Positions 26,952-42,784 of a stretch of DNA of 64,000 nucleotides are shown one piece after another. Source of the DNA: Paragordius varius (lineage: Eukaryota > Animalia > Nematomorpha); NCBI GenBank assembly GCA_964247055.1, contig OZ176050.1, forward strand, positions 12,400,001-12,464,000, written 5' to 3'. The translations under genes were made by a program, and so were the position numbers. How positions within the stretch are numbered: position 1 is the first letter of the stretch; the number at the start of each line of letters is the position of its first letter. A model generated the notes under the pieces. The model was given only the letters and a program-made list of their open reading frames with translations, ran no database searches and was not told the origin of the DNA.

Positions 26952-29900
26952 TTAAACTATAGTAGTTTTGTCAGGAAGTAAAACGTTGGGGAGTGCAAAC
27001 GGCTGTTTAAAATGAATCATTTGGGCATTATTTTCCTTATCGAACATAATGAGTGGTGTTACTTTAATAATTTCTTGCGCCGTGATATTTTCTAAGGCTC
27101 CATCAGTAGATAATTTAATGTTTGGTTCAATCTGGCCCATATTATATTGAGCCGAATAATATGAATATATAGGATAGTAGGATATTTCTTCCTGAATACT
27201 ATTAGGTTCAACACAGTTATTACTCATGCTAACAACAAGATTCTCATCATCTCGGTTCTTTATGTAACGAGTTGTTATATAATTATTTGACTTATTACAG
27301 TTTTTTTGGTTTCTAAGACGGTCATGCAGATGTGTTGTTGGAGAAATATTACTAAATCTGATAGCTTGTTGAGTCGTCTTATTTTCAACAATGTTCTCAT
27401 TTGGTGACCAAAATACATTATCTTCATCACATTCTTGTAGGGCGGCTGGTGCATTACATAAGTATTTATCATTATTATCAAGGCCGCTTAATTGATAGCT
27501 GCTACCACCTTTTATCATTGCGGTATTTGGGGCGTTGAAATGCTCAAGTTCATTAATACAGATTGGGTGGTGATGATTCAATTTTTCCTGATAATTTTGA
27601 TAACTATGATCAAAATCATTAAAATTGACATTATTATTATTATTTTCATGATTATAAAATAGCTCGACAGTTGTCGCATTACTCAAATTGAAAGAGGACG
27701 AAGATTGGGGCCAACCTGTTCTTACGCCATTTTCAAAATTATTTTCTTGTTGCTGTAAAAAATAATGGTGTTGATGTTTGGGTGTTCCACTTTCTCTACC
27801 AGCATTTAAAAGAGCATATTTATTGGTTGCAATAGTGGCATCAATCGTAGCCGTTATTTGATTTCCATTTTCTAATATATCATCGTTATTATTATTGAAA
27901 TCACGTAGAGTTTGATTTAAACTACCTTCGTGGTGGTTATTATGATTAATATAATTTAAATTATTGTAATAATCGATGTAGGATGCGATCGGACTCCTTA
28001 TGCCATTATCTATATTCAAAGAAAAAATGATATTGCTTAAAAACTGATTGTGATAATCTTTAGAAATATAAATATCCTACATTCATCTTTTAAAAAGATA
28101 TAATTTAGAGGAAATATTATGTAATTAATTTGGCTATTTATAAAAAATGAACATTATAAAAATAGCTAAACTCACCGTTGATTTTTGTTAAATGATGCGA
28201 TTTAGACATAGCCATAGGACTTTTATTCGTATTCTTTCCACAATTCGGTATAGTATCGTTTGGTGGCAAATGCATTGTATTATTATTATTATTATTATCT
28301 AAAACTTGGGTTTGCGTGGTTGATTTCCCAATAATTTTTACATTACCATATATTCCATTCATTGATTTAGATTTATGCTTGTTGTTGCTACCGCCTCTTT
28401 GATGTCCTGGTTTAGGCTGAAAAAAAGATTTTAACGTCCCGCTGAAACCGGATTTGGGTACAAACGGATTTTGTATGACAAAATTCTTTTTGGAGGGCGT
28501 TGATGATACATCTTTGTCATTGTAACAATTATAGGGGTAATTGTAACACGTAATATTTTTGGGCGGCGTCACTTGAACATTAGGGGAGACATTTTCATCT
28601 TTTACTTTAGTCTGTTTATCAACAAGTGTAAGATTACCGTTCTCATAACAGGAATAACCTTGATTAGCGCTCCCGTTTAAACTGGATTTCTTACCATTCA
28701 TCATATGTCCTCCATTCGCTAACTTCTTTGACGACGCAGTATAATTTTTCTCTTTTTTGTCGCCATTTTTATTACCGTTAACTCGTTGTGAGATTCGTCT
28801 GCGCCAAAACATACAAAAACCACTTACGACTGCGATAAAGAGAAAACCCATGCCTACAATCAATAGGATAGCGTAGAGAGTAGATATGGGACCCACAGAT
28901 GTGGTCAGTTTAGGGTCAAAATCATTATTATTATTAGCATTATCCGAATTTCTAAGATAATTATTTTTAGGGCCATCAATAGAATTTATTTGTTTCTGAT
29001 ACTCGGTATTTTTGTCTAATAAGTAATGGTAATTGCCACGAAAATTTGGAATATCCTTATTGTCAAAAATATTGCTGATATCGCTAGCAAAATCAGAATT
29101 TTGTCGTTTCAACTCTTTTCCTGCCATAGGATATGCCGGTTTCGATTCATAAGGCGAAAAATTATTGAGAGCTTTAGGCATGGGCGATTGTTTAATGTAA
29201 AATGCCTTACGTGCACGGAAATCAAATCTTTCACGATATTCATATTTGGGTATCACCTCTATTTTTTCACCCTTCCCTACGCTAACATTTTCATATTTTC
29301 TATCCCTAGAATCGTTTATGATGTTATTAACAGCTTCTGTGTTATCGGATTTAACAATTGGAATAGTTTGTAAAGGAACACAAGAATATACACCTGGTTT
29401 AGGGCAACGCATAACCAAACGAGTATTTAGGGCAAAGAGTGGTGAGACACTATCATTTTTTGACATAACATTCCACCAAAATTTATGATTGCTGCTTGGC
29501 GGCATAAACGGTAACGAATCCAATGATCGATTATAATCAGAGGCTAACAAATATAACTGATCATTAGGTTTAATAAGATGATTATATAATCCATTATTGT
29601 CGAGGGAAGTAACTTCCTCATAGGTGGATATAGGCGTCGTTTGTGTCGTTGTTGTCAAGTGTACATTCATTCTGCGTGATCGCTTTTTAAACGCCACCTC
29701 GTCGGTTGAATCCTTTAGCGTTACCAGAGAATTGGAAACGTAATGGTGTAATGATTGTTCAGATATTACGCTGTATTGGGGATTGTATTCGGAACTCTCT
29801 TGAAAAATCCACACTACCCGTGGTAAAGGATCTCCCAAGAAATAGCATTCAATATCGAGAGTCGAGATGGGCGTGTTTCCATCACGTAAACAAAAATCTT

Positions 29901-32900
29901 CAGGATCTTTGTTAATTCTATTGCTTTCGGGATTGGTATCTATTTTAAGAATTTTTTGGGTATCATTCATATGTTTTCGTTTTAGGGGTGTTTTTTCAAT
30001 AATTTGCCATACGTGAAGTGTATTTAAAGGGTTTACCATATCGTCAACTATTGAATTCGGTTCAGCTGTATTCTGAGTGACCGGAAGTTTAGTTTTAGAG
30101 TTTACATCACGATTTATATGTGAAGACAAATGTGTCAATAGCAATGGACCACATACGAAATCGTCTGTCCGTAAATTTTCCCAAGTAACATTAGCTAGGT
30201 GTTCAGGGCCCCGGACACAGCACAAGGCATTAAATGGATTTATTTTATCATAGGTGGAATTAATCATTTCACCATCTTCATCCTTAATTTTATTTTCAAA
30301 ATCAAAATTTAGGGCAAAAGCTTTCTTATTTTGCCCATTATTTGATTGTTCTAGCGTCGTCCATTGTTTGAAAGCACGCATCCGGCAATTACATTCCCAC
30401 GGGTTAGAACTGGCATCCAAAAATACTAATTGGTTCAATTGATAAAATAAATCAGGTCTAATTGCACCCAGCAAATTTGCTGATATTCTTAGCGTTTGTA
30501 GTTGATGGAGTCCGTTAAAAGCACCGGTTTCAATATGCGTTATCTGACAAGCTGCTATTTCTAGCACTTGTAATCTACAAAAATATAAAATAAATTTATC
30601 ATCATAAATGTATATGAAACTTGTGACATATCAAAAATAATTTATTTGTTCACAAATTTCGATCTCATTTGTAATAACAGGAAAAAAATTCTTAAGTATA
30701 CTTGATATTTAAAAAATAAAGAGGTATCAGGATTTTTATTAAACGCTGATCGGCATCAATTTAACCGTGTATATTTGAATTAAAAGAAGAATATTAGTAA
30801 TTTAAGTTGAGTGCAAAATTATCTCGAATTCACAAATAATGCCATTAATTTTAAAATGTCATAATGTCAAAACCTTGTGGTCCTGTATGTTTAAACACCA
30901 GCGTAAAGATCAAAAATGTTCTATATCCCTAAAATTAGGGCATTTGCCTTATAATTTATAAAAATCAAAAGGCATAGACATTCGTTTTCTTTAACTTTTT
31001 AAAATAGCAAACACTAATATTGATCAAAAGATATATTAAAATCCAAAAAACTATTTTAAATGGTTGAAATAATTAAAAACGTTTAGTCGTGCCATGTTAC
31101 TATAATGTATACAATTCAAATTCACCCTCAAATAAATTATATGTTTTTCTTGATTAAAACATATATTTTTTATATTTTTATATAAATTAAATTTTGTTTT
31201 AATTTAAAAATAAGGAAAAAATAATAAACTATTCCATGAATATATTTCATATATATAATGGGTTATATTAGTTCGAAAACACATAATTTATTTTTAGAGT
31301 GAATTCAAATTGTTCAAGGGTGAAAAGGTGAATTTGAACTGTATATAAAATGTTATAAATTTATTAGGCCTTACTATTTAATCTGTTAGACCTAATATTT
31401 TTTTATGCTAAATCTAACAAATTAATTAGTAAATATTTTTAAATAATTTTTGAGCCTCTGTATTTGACTAGTTAATTAAAATTATTTTCCCGGTTTAATA
31501 TGGACTTAGAGCTTAATTTATGTATCATCTTCTGTAGACAAGCTACTTTGAAGTTACTTAATAATTTTATAACTATTGCATAGATAAAATAATTAAAAAA
31601 AGGGGAACTCATTGGTATTCAGTTATGATAGCTAAATTTTAGAGTAAAATAACCTAAACTAAGAATTAAGTATACAAAATGATTGTGGCTGTCAAAAGCA
31701 TTTAACATCAAGTGCTACTAAGAAATATTTTTAATGTTCTAATGTCAGTATATTGTTAAAACTTCCAGAAAAATTCATGTAGTTCCACGAAACTAAATAT
31801 TCACCTTAAAATTATTACAACACCAAAGACATATTTGACAATTAAAATACTTTTAATTTGGTAATTTTTAATATAATAGGGTTTTAAAACCGGAAACTCT
31901 TTAATTTATTTTTCCAATTTTTTCGACACAATTTTAACTCTATCTAAAAATGTCTTCTATATTGTATACTAATATTTTTGATTTTTAGATATTATCACAC
32001 AATCAAATGCGCTTAAAGTATTTCAACTTAAAAACAATCGAACCGAAACTGTATTTGCCAGAATTCAAGACAAATTCTATATCTCTACTAAATATATCAT
32101 ACATATCTATTGTTCCCTTTCATAATAAAAAATATTTGGAAATTTAGTTATCAAAATTATTGGAATGATGATTAGAAAACACAACAACTATTTTTCGCTT
32201 TTTGTGGCTTCCCTAAACATAAAATTTTATATATTTAATCAAAATTGACAGGTATGAATAAAAAAAAATGCCAGAAACCGCCATTTTTTGCCAATGAAAT
32301 AAAATGCTTATTAATGCGACATGATTTCATAAAAGACAAAACAGACCAATCGTAAAATTATTTTTACCTAGAGCCGTTTTTTTGAAAGGGAAATTTTGTT
32401 TTAATTAAAAAAAATAAAACATGGTGAGAGAGTGCGAATCTTGAATTTTAAACATCAATTTTTGACTTTTTGTCCATTTTGGACGTTGCCTTTATATTAT
32501 ATGAAAAAAAATCACCTATGATCAAAAATATAAAAAATTTGCAGGCAAATTTCATAGGATTTAACAACAGTGTAGCATTTAATTAAATATAATTGAATTA
32601 ATGGTTGATTTGATAAAATTAATTAATTGTTTAATTAAAAATCTAAACAGCGCCTTTTTGTCCCAGTTTTTTAATTTTCACAGAATTCTTAATTTCCGTA
32701 GAAACTGCTTATAGTTCGCACATGTGAATTTGAAATTCCAACATATTGCTTTTGAAGGCAGAGTTAAAAATTAAGGTTTATGACCCTTAGTCTTGGAATT
32801 ACACATATGTTAAGTATTAGTTATTTTAATTAATCATTTATTAACACATCAAATCTGCAACTATAAAATCGTTGATTTTGCATTATAAAAATATAAAATG

Positions 32901-35900
32901 TGACAAATCAAACATTATTTTTATAAGATATACTGTAAGTATTTCGAATCTATATTTTAAATGGTTTATTAAACATCTTTTAAATTAAAATCTGCTCTTA
33001 AGTTTCATATAAAATATGAGGATTCCGATATAATATCCCGCTCTAATTTTACCTGTAAACTCAGTGACAAAAAAAATTTCATTAAAATGTGGGAAAATAA
33101 TGTGTTAAACATTTACGACATTCAAAATAAATATATTTTCTTAATGGACTAATTTTGATGAATTATAATTGTGTCATGTCAAATTTTAAATTGACCCTAC
33201 CACGTAATACATTCACAAAGTTTTAAAGTATGTTAAAAATAACATTTCATAATTTTATATTGTTCATATTTATCGATGATAACGTGATATAGACCAAAAG
33301 TAATTAGGTCCCCTTCTATTATTATTATAGTTACAAATCAAGGTTATTTTCATAATTATAGAAAGGTATCAAAATACATCTTACAATTTCTATGCATTTA
33401 TTAAGCAGCTTTGCTTAATATAAATGCTAATTCAAATGGTCTTTCATTCTATCTGCATCAAAGGCTTATAAAAAAACATTTTACATATGATATGGATCCT
33501 AAAAAGGGCAAATATAAAATAATATTTTAACTACTTTATATATTTATACAAACATATTTGATGTGTAGGGTTTCATTGGGTCAAACAAATATAAATAAAA
33601 GATTTATAGTATCTTTAGGTATAAACAGAACGTGGCATCGGGTGAAAACAGAAGCCATATTACTAAAGTATAAATTATATGGTTTTGAGGCTCAAGAGTC
33701 AAAAGTTATATTCAATTTTCTTTTAATTACTAATCAAAAAGTTTTAAATTTAGCAAACGATAAATTAACTATTTTTTGGGGGAAAAAATAATTGCATTAA
33801 CTCATATTATTTTGTGAATGTATGATTATAATTTGTATTAAAAGGCATATCAATATTTATTTGGTTGTTTACTAATTTTTGATGCATAAAAGTAATTAAT
33901 GGCCTGTATTTTTAAGATAACTTTCTTAAATGACTTGCAAAGCCTTTAAACCACAAACGCCATAAGTAATTTGACAGAGTTTTATATCAATACACGATAT
34001 TTGATGCGCGCGTTATATAAGTAATAATTTATCAAGCATTAAGATTTATAGAAATAATATATTTAGGGTATTTTACCCTAGGGGTTTTCCTATTAACATT
34101 TTTAACTGGAGTTTCATTGCTATCATTAATAGTTATAATATACATACATTTGTAAATTTGCAATGAAAATTTTAAGAGCTTCTGAAATCTTTCACAAATA
34201 TTTAAATTTATTATGAGAGGTATCCTTGATTAGAGTTACCATTGAAAATACAATTATTAACAATCTAAATAGATAGCTCATTTTTGATTTAGCCCAATAT
34301 CTTAAATATACCATTTACAACTCAAATTCAACTTTGAACAATTCATATTGTCCCTAAAAATTATGTGTTTTTTAAGATTAAAAATTACTTATATTTATAT
34401 ATTTAATGAAATTTCATTTAAAATTAAAATACTGGATAATAAACTATGCCATAAAGATATATTTGATATTAATGATGTGTTGTATTAGCCCGAAAACACA
34501 TATATTATTAGGATAAATTTGAAGTGTAAATGGTATATTTATTTTTGCATTGAGACCTCAATACGGTCATTATCAAAATTTAATGCGCTATATTGGTATA
34601 AATTTATTCCCATTTTAAGGAAATGTTAGAAATCAAAACAACACTTGTTATTAATTACATTTTCTCGCTTAATTAACTTTGGCATATTTTTTTTTAAAAA
34701 TTACTAATCTGAATATTTAATTAGTAAAACGTTATCATCATCATTCATTTGGCCTTCTTTTAAATAGTTTTCTATTCTAACACCAATGAATGTTATCATA
34801 ATTCTATATTGTATAATTCAAACATGGAACTGTATGTTCGTCAAACAGAACAAAAAACTAGAATACATCTTCTCCTGGGATTTCAGAGTATATGAGACGA
34901 CCTTATTTTTCTTTTGCTTCCTAAGCCTTTTCCAACGTATTTATAAATGTTAAAAAAAATTGTAAATACAATTTATCTTGGTGAGAAGCGGAACCTCTAA
35001 GCTATGCATATTTTTTATGTCATTTTATGTAAGAAAACTAAAAATAAAATTATATAACATTTTTTTAGTCATTCATTAAGCGAGCGCATTATCGCACGCA
35101 ATATCGTTCGATGATACATATTTCAATTTATTATATATATTCACAAATTTTAGTAAAATTATAATATTTTTTAATTGATACTATTCCACATTAAAAATAT
35201 TGCCTAAACATTACTAAAAAAATAATTTATTAGAGAGAATGAAGATAAGAGGAAATTGCCCAGTTGTTTAATGTAAAAAACAGGCACATTAACCAAACGA
35301 AACCACATATTCACGCAAAATAAACGTAGTATTTTTGAAAGATATATATAATAATTTATTAAAGTGCAATGTACCTCACACAAAACTTACATTTAAAAAT
35401 TTTTTTGCTTTTCCAAGAGGGAAACGGATGAAAATAAAGAAATTGAAATGCCCCCTGACTGTGTGGTTAAAATCTTTCTTTGGGAAAAGCCTTTAAAAGC
35501 ACCCTACTACTATTTAATTAAGTAATTGATATTTGATTCCTACTTAACTAACTCTACTATTTTCCCTTAAGATTTATAAAAAATTTCCAATTAGTATAAC
35601 TAAATATTATTAACCACAAGTGCAAAAGTTATGTGCAAAATAGGGGAAATATATTAAATTTCCTAGCTGCTTAGGATTTATATATATTAAAAAAATATTT
35701 TTCTCTCCTTAAACCGATTCCAATAAAAAACAATTTTATCTTACATTTCAAACAATATCGCCATCCCTAAAATAAAATTTAATACTTTAATATCTATTAT
35801 GTTTATAAAAACATATTTTTGCTACACTTTATTATCAAACTTTGTTTCAAACAAAAAAAAGTATTTTTTTTCTTGCCAAAAATCTTTTTTTGCGTGAGAT

Positions 35901-37859
35901 GATAGCACTTAATTTAAATTACCTATAATTAGCTCCGCCTATCTTTCTGCATCAATAATTTACAAAAATTAAAAATCAACCTAAAATATGTGCATGCAAA
36001 GAAATTAGTCAATCAGTCATATAATAATACACTTTAGGATTTTTGATAGTAAAAAAAGATTTTTTGCGTAAATAAATTACATTATGTTTATGATGAGCAT
36101 AAAGTTAGAAAAAATATCTTACCTTACGCAAAGTTATGAGAAAATTATAGATTAGTGGAATAGGAAAATAAAAGGACATGTCACAACGCGCTACGGTTCA
36201 TTAGGTTTTATCTTTCTTTATTTATAAGATTTTTATAAGTTTATATAGCGATAACATAGTAGCAGGTCGATATTCTCTGTCCATATATTTATTTATAATA
36301 AACATATAAAAATAGTACCAAAATAAATTTATATTTTTTTGATTGTATAAAATCACTTATAGATTCTGGATATCTCACATATGTATATACATATAAGGTG
36401 ACATACAGATATAAGGCATATCAATATCTCAATATATATATATATAATGGTATATAATGTGAACAAATCGCATGATTAAACACAAGATAGATTAAAGAAT
36501 GAAAAAAATTCTTAGACTCTGGAATCTATTAAATAACTTTTATTTATATAAAATGCCACCAATATTAACTATCTTAACCATTAGTTCAGCTATGATGTTC
36601 TCTTAGATGTTCGCAATAAATCATTCAATTCCTGTAACTCAATTGAAATATTTATAAAAATTGCTTAAAAATACATTTTAATATTACTAAACTAGACTAT
36701 AACAAATTGTTTGGCTTACGATTGGCATTAAAAAATAACATAAAATGACCAATGGAAAATAGGGTTAAATTTGACCGTGATAGTTTCCGCTTAAAAATAA
36801 CTAATCAAAAAACTTTGAAAAGTGTGTTTTTTATCAGGTGTTCGAAATTAATATAAAAAAGCGGTATAAAAACCTAAATTTAATATTAACACACCGGTTT
36901 TTATTTTTGATCTGTCAAGTTGACCCTAAACAAAAATAATGTTTTGACAATACCTGTAAGTTAAATGCTGCATTACATATTAATTATGGCGTCAATAATA
37001 AATAATTTATTAAAGGTGCTACTCTCTATTTTTATTTAAGTACAACAAACTGGTTATTTTTATTGATGTTTATTAATAACAGGAAAAAATTAAAACGTTT
37101 TAATGTAAAAGGTTAATAATTTATTGCTATTTTTGACAACCTTATTAATATTACAAAACTAAAAGAGCTACTTTGTTGGTCTCCGTTTCCTTTTTTACAT
37201 ATAATTTTAAATTTTTTATACATTTAAAACTATATCGATTAATTATACCTAGGACAATGGATAAATGAATTAGGCATTAGAGTTCGTAAGGGATTATGCG
37301 AAAGAATTAAACTTTTTAAAAATGGTGTGTCTTGTAAACTTCCTGTAGGTACGGTCGCTAGTTGATTTTGCGATAAATCCAAAGATTTAAGGAACCTTAA
37401 ACCATAAAAAGCTTTGGGATCAATGGTGGTTATGGTACAATTACTAACATCCAATGATAAAAGATTGGTGGACCCTGTACGATAAAAAGTTTGAGCACCC
37501 ATGTGTGTGAGGTTAGGGTTAGACCCAAGTAATAAATGCTTAGTTGATGCATCAATGGCATCCGGAATTTCGTGCAAGCTTTGGGCTTCACAATTCACGG
37601 TATAAACATTGTTAAGGGTAAAACAATTACAACCTACCGTATGCGGGCACATTAATTTATGTCGTTTTCGTTTAATTTGTGTATCCGTATGCCTCCTTTC
37701 CTTATTTTCATAATAATGATTATTACCGGTATAATTGTTATCCTTATGCATCATGTTTTTGTGGTAATCAAGTTGAAAGTTTTTTGTTTCTGAATGTCTC
37801 AAATTGATTTGAGGATAGTGCAAAGATTTTGGAAAACTTGTTGTAGTTATATTAGCCAT
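26952..37859 (-). CDS. Kekkon-like LRR + Ig + TM receptor. Coding exons 37859-37249, 30574-28176, 28009-26952; about 1355 aa from ATG 37859, true 5' end uncertain
   Basis: LRR-NT (CPHTVGCNC..VNC), LRRs (LKSLDLSQNQLATVP; LQVLEIAACQITHIETGAFNGL) and LRR-CT (NPWECNCRMRAFKQW..HLANVTWENLRTDDFVCGP, like Kekkon 'WDKLDVDDFACVP'). Ig cysteines (IECYFLGDPLPRVVW ... GVYSC), TM (LYAILLIVGMGFLFIAVVSGFCMFW-RRR) and C-terminal TTIV PDZ-type motif. Junctions AG|gtataa..tgtag|A and G|gtgagt..atag|AT keep frame. Confidence 0.85.
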
Positions 37860-40800
37860 TGCAATAAGATATTAACTGATTTACGAATTTTATTTAGATT
37901 CACGATTTTTATCAATTCCACCAAAATAATGATGATATATCTACATGGGATATAAAAAATGTAAATCTTAATATAAAACGTAAAGTTAAAAAAGGATTTT
38001 CGGATAACATCAAAAGAATTATTAGTGGCGGTCTGCAAGGCATGACAAAGATGTTGACTTCTATTGGTGACAAAACGCGATATCATTAGTTTTTTCCCCA
38101 TATCTGATTTTGTGATTTCCATTTATATATATAAAAATTATGATATAGGCAACATGGATATAAAAAAGTTTGATAAATCCAATGGAAAACAAAAAAAATA
38201 TTTTTTATACTGGAACAATACTAACTCATTCTATGTGGTTGATTGCAAAATGTGTAATATATAAAGTAAAGTGGTAGTATATATTGCGTGTTTTTAACTG
38301 TAGATTTTTCATGAATTATTATTACCACCGTAGTAGAGCACTTACAATTTTCTTTCTAATTTTATGTTAAAATATGGATTTTATACAGAAAAAATTATTA
38401 AAATAAAATAATCATTTTTTTCATTATAATATACATGAAAAGGTTTGTCCTTGTATTTATTAAAATGATAAATAAAAATTAAAACAATTAAAATAACTGA
38501 GCTACACTTAATAGGCTCTTTGAGAAGAAAAATCATGCAAATTATTTTTTTCTTAAAGTTATAGAGATTAATTAACCATTCTTTCTAACTGAGCCAAATA
38601 TCATATTTCACTTTATATATTTTCAGAAAAACGGTGTAAAATTTTTGAGTTTTAGATAAGTTTTAGTTAGCATTTATTAATTTTACAGCCTATTCTAGGT
38701 TCTCATGGTCGGCATTTAAAAAAATATTATTATTAATTATGGTAAAATATTGTTTCAAATTAATATTTATATCATTATTTATAATAATGCAATATTTTTA
38801 TAGTAGGGAATAAAATGTAGATATGAGTTCAATAAGGCAATTTTTTGGTTAATCTAACCAATTCAATAGATAAGAATTTTAGATAAGAAATTCTCTTATC
38901 ATATATTTTAACAGCAATAAACTGAAAGACAAAATGGAACTATATAATATATCAAAACAATTTGGATATATAAGGTTTATAAAAACGCGTTAGTAATTTA
39001 TTTAAAAAATTTTGATATATATAAATTATGTTAAAGTTCATTAACAAACAGTACAATATCCCTGATGTTAAAAAAATTTATTTAGAGGGTTTACCTTTCA
39101 AATTTTCATTTTTAATTTTTATACATAAGTAAAACGTCAAAACAATTTTATACGAGCATTTTTTAATTTTAAATAAATTTAGATATGTGGGCAAGTATGG
39201 GTTTTCTTTATTCACCAAATAAGAAACAGTCCTGCAAAAATTGTTTATAATATTTTTGGCCTTTTTAGGCGCAAGGCTTTATTAGTCTTAGAATATGTAC
39301 TTTTTTCCCTCTAAAACCGGAAAACATTAAAAAGCCATTAATCATATATGGACCAGGACCATTAAAATTTAGCATAAAAATGGGTTGAATTGTTACCATA
39401 AAAAACACACAGTTTTTGTACTTTTATTATTTGAACGTTGATGATGAATAAAATTCTGTTTGAATTTGCACACTCATATAGAATTTAATTTTAACCAATG
39501 TTATTTAACCAAAACGAGGATTATTGAATAAATAAGGTTTTTTCAGATAATTAACAATTAGGTAAATTATAAAACAATGGGTAAAAAATTATCAAAATTT
39601 TAACACTAAATATTAATATTTAAAAAATGCTTCTGACCCATACTAAAAAGATAATTTAATTTAATCAATTTAGTGTTTCGATTCAGTATCCCTTTTCTTC
39701 GTGCAGGTAAATATAATTTGAGATAGTTTAAACGCTATGTGATACGATTGTAGAATAATTATTGAAATATTAATATCATAAATAAATTGGTGAAAAATAT
39801 ATCTTTGTTTGAATCTTATTTTTAATTTACGTTTTCCTCATAGATTTTTGAATTAAACAATACTAATAGTGAGAACACATTGATTGATAATAATACATAT
39901 AGGACAATCAGTAATTAGAAAAAATATAAGTAATATATGTTTTTTCTGTTCTTGAAACGAAATTATAAACTTGGTAGTCTGTAAAACTTTTCTCTATCCA
40001 CGGATTATAAAATAATTAATAATCTTTAGCTTTTTGACAGTATAATCAAAAAATTTAAGGAAATTAGGTAGGCCAGTTATTTAAGGCGGTGGCGAATTAT
40101 GGTGTCAAAAAGATAAAAAATTAAGCTAAACAAAGAAAGAAAGTAGTAGGAAGTCAATCCATTCATTTTCATTATTTTACTTTCTTTTTCAAGTAAAAAT
40201 AAATAATGTCATTAAAATTTCGTTTTAAGTTGCTTGATTAAGCCTATTTAGTTTTTGAATCCGAATGGTAAAGCACAATAGAAATACGTTTTTTTTCATA
40301 CATTAAGCCTATTGTGTTCATACTGTGCATTAAAATTTATTCCGGTGTGCTTCTCTTAGAATAAAAAAAATTGACTGCATTAAGACGTGAATATTGTATA
40401 AGAAAAGTTAATTTAAACCTATTAATGTTTTGTATTAATAAAGATAATAACATATAAATAATATTAAGCTCCCTGCCTATTTCTGAAAGGTTCAACACCG
40501 ATAAAAAAGGTGCTTAGTCTCTCTTAATTAATTTTCCAGAAACCACATTTAACTTATGTTATTTATAAAGCAGCAGAACATATATGCCATTGACTTTTGC
40601 ATTTTGCAAAACATGTATAGAATTATATTTAGAAAAATTGAGAAAATAGATTTAAAAATAATTTTTATTAAAACTGTTTAATTGTTTAAAATCAAGATTT
40701 TTGACAAAAATAAAAGGAGATTTTGTATACCTTTAAAATATTAATAAAGCCAAATAATAAATTTTCATCTAAAAGTTATAATATCATATTTATATTACTT

Positions 40801-42784
40801 TAATTTCAGAATTAAAAATCAAGAATACCCAATAAATGCCCATTCAATCATTTGTTGTTAAATTTTTTTATAAGGCTGTGTGTTCATAAGAGGGGATTGA
40901 ATTTTAAAAACGTATTTTTTGGTTGAATTTATTATTGATATTTTTGTTTAGACTTACTTGTTAGGCTTATCTCATGGTCATATATATTAACAAAATAGAT
41001 ATAATATATTCTATGCAGGTATTATTATTTTATGGAATATATATTAGGAGTCAAAATCCCTCAGAAAATAATGATAAATTATTAGATAGATATAAAGCAA
41101 ATCTGTCTCTATTATTATATTAATAAAACTTATTTAATATATTGTCAAGTACCCTTATAACAGTGTTTAATTTATTATAATAATGCTAGAAACAAATTAA
41201 AATTAAATAGATCATTCAATATAATAGATTCACCGTTTAACCATAAAAACCATTAGAATTTATTTTAGCCCTAAGAGCGATATAAAAATTACGTATTTAC
41301 ATTTAAAAAATAAATTATAAATATAATAAATTATTTAAATATAATCGAAAATCTTTATATATATTTTTACATGTTCAATAAAACTTATTAGGAATTGGAA
41401 GTGGCATCGTTTTTGAAACCATCCCAATTTTTCAAGACTGTTTTCAAAATTAACTGTTTTTAAACCAGGATCGTGGTGTCAAAAAAATATTTTTTCAAAT
41501 TTTTATTATTTTATACAATTATTACCGTATTTATCCTTAAAATGTTTATATAATTCAAAAAAGCAACATAAAATGTAATTTTTTGGCTTACATGAGGCGG
41601 TTTTCGTAATTTTGTGGAATAAAAATCTTTGTAAATTTACGAAAAAGGCAAAATCCGATCATTTTACCAAAAGAAAACCGTAAACGCTTTTTATAAACAC
41701 GAAAATATCAGAGGCCCAAATTATTAATTAGAAACACTGGAAACAGTTCCGAATCAAATCCCAAATTAATAAATGTTCTCTTGCATAAAAACGCTCTTTA
41801 AATTTTTGAAACATTTAAAATTCATTCAAAGAGTCAAATGATTCTATAAAAACTTGACAACCTATTTTGTAAGACATATAAATACATTGTTATATTTTTT
41901 GGAGATGAAATTGAATTATTATATACATATATATATATATATATAACATAATTAATGCCGTAAAGTTACCCCAAAAGTAAGATTTACTTAAACATTCATT
42001 CTCTGAAGATAGTTCATCAAAAATATAGTCTAAACTAAGAAATCATTATTTAATATTAATTAGTTTTATAAAGTATCAGTGTAGTATCTCAAAATCTTGA
42101 GAAGAATGATTTATTACAATACAAAAGATAAGAATATTATTTTCCTTAAAAAAATTTTATTTAGGCCTAAAATATTATCGATAATATAATTGTCACATAG
42201 AGTGGAATAACGGAATGGCGACACATAATTTACCAATTTTTGTGCAATTTTAGGTTTTAAATAAAAATATATATTCTCAATGGCCATTAATTGCATTTTT
42301 TTTCGTGTACCTCTCTAATTGTTAAATACATAAAGTAGTAGCTAGCTATCCATCTAATGATTTATTGATTTTTAGACGTATGCCTAAATCATTATTATAA
42401 GGATTGTAGTGTAGTGTTATATAAATACTATATAATCTAAAATATTGTAAACATGATATTGTAAGTCCTTTTTGTGTGCATAATTATATTGTTTACAATA
42501 TTGAAATTATAAATGCATGAATTAATAATAGCTTTTAATTAAAAATGGTATGCAGAAAAAATGGAAATAGCCAAAAAACATCAAGGAAAATATCATAATT
42601 CGATAACGTATATTATAGATTTTGCAATTGACCAATATCACTTTAAAATATGGTATTAAAGTAAAAATCCACATTGTATTAATATGCGTAGGTGAAGAAA
42701 ATATTATAGTTTTTGTAATATTTCACTTAGTTAGCTCCATACCATTTACATTTCAAAGTAAAACATTTCAAGTTAATTCTTAAG

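Noticed and set aside
33558-33791. 77-aa ORF in kekkon-like intron 1, and other 60-100-aa AT-rich ORFs (e.g. 3702, 7721, 9642, 42114, 52204, 57033, 57518, 60755)
   Set aside because: Low complexity (F/I/L/K-rich) with no motifs, consistent with random ORFs.
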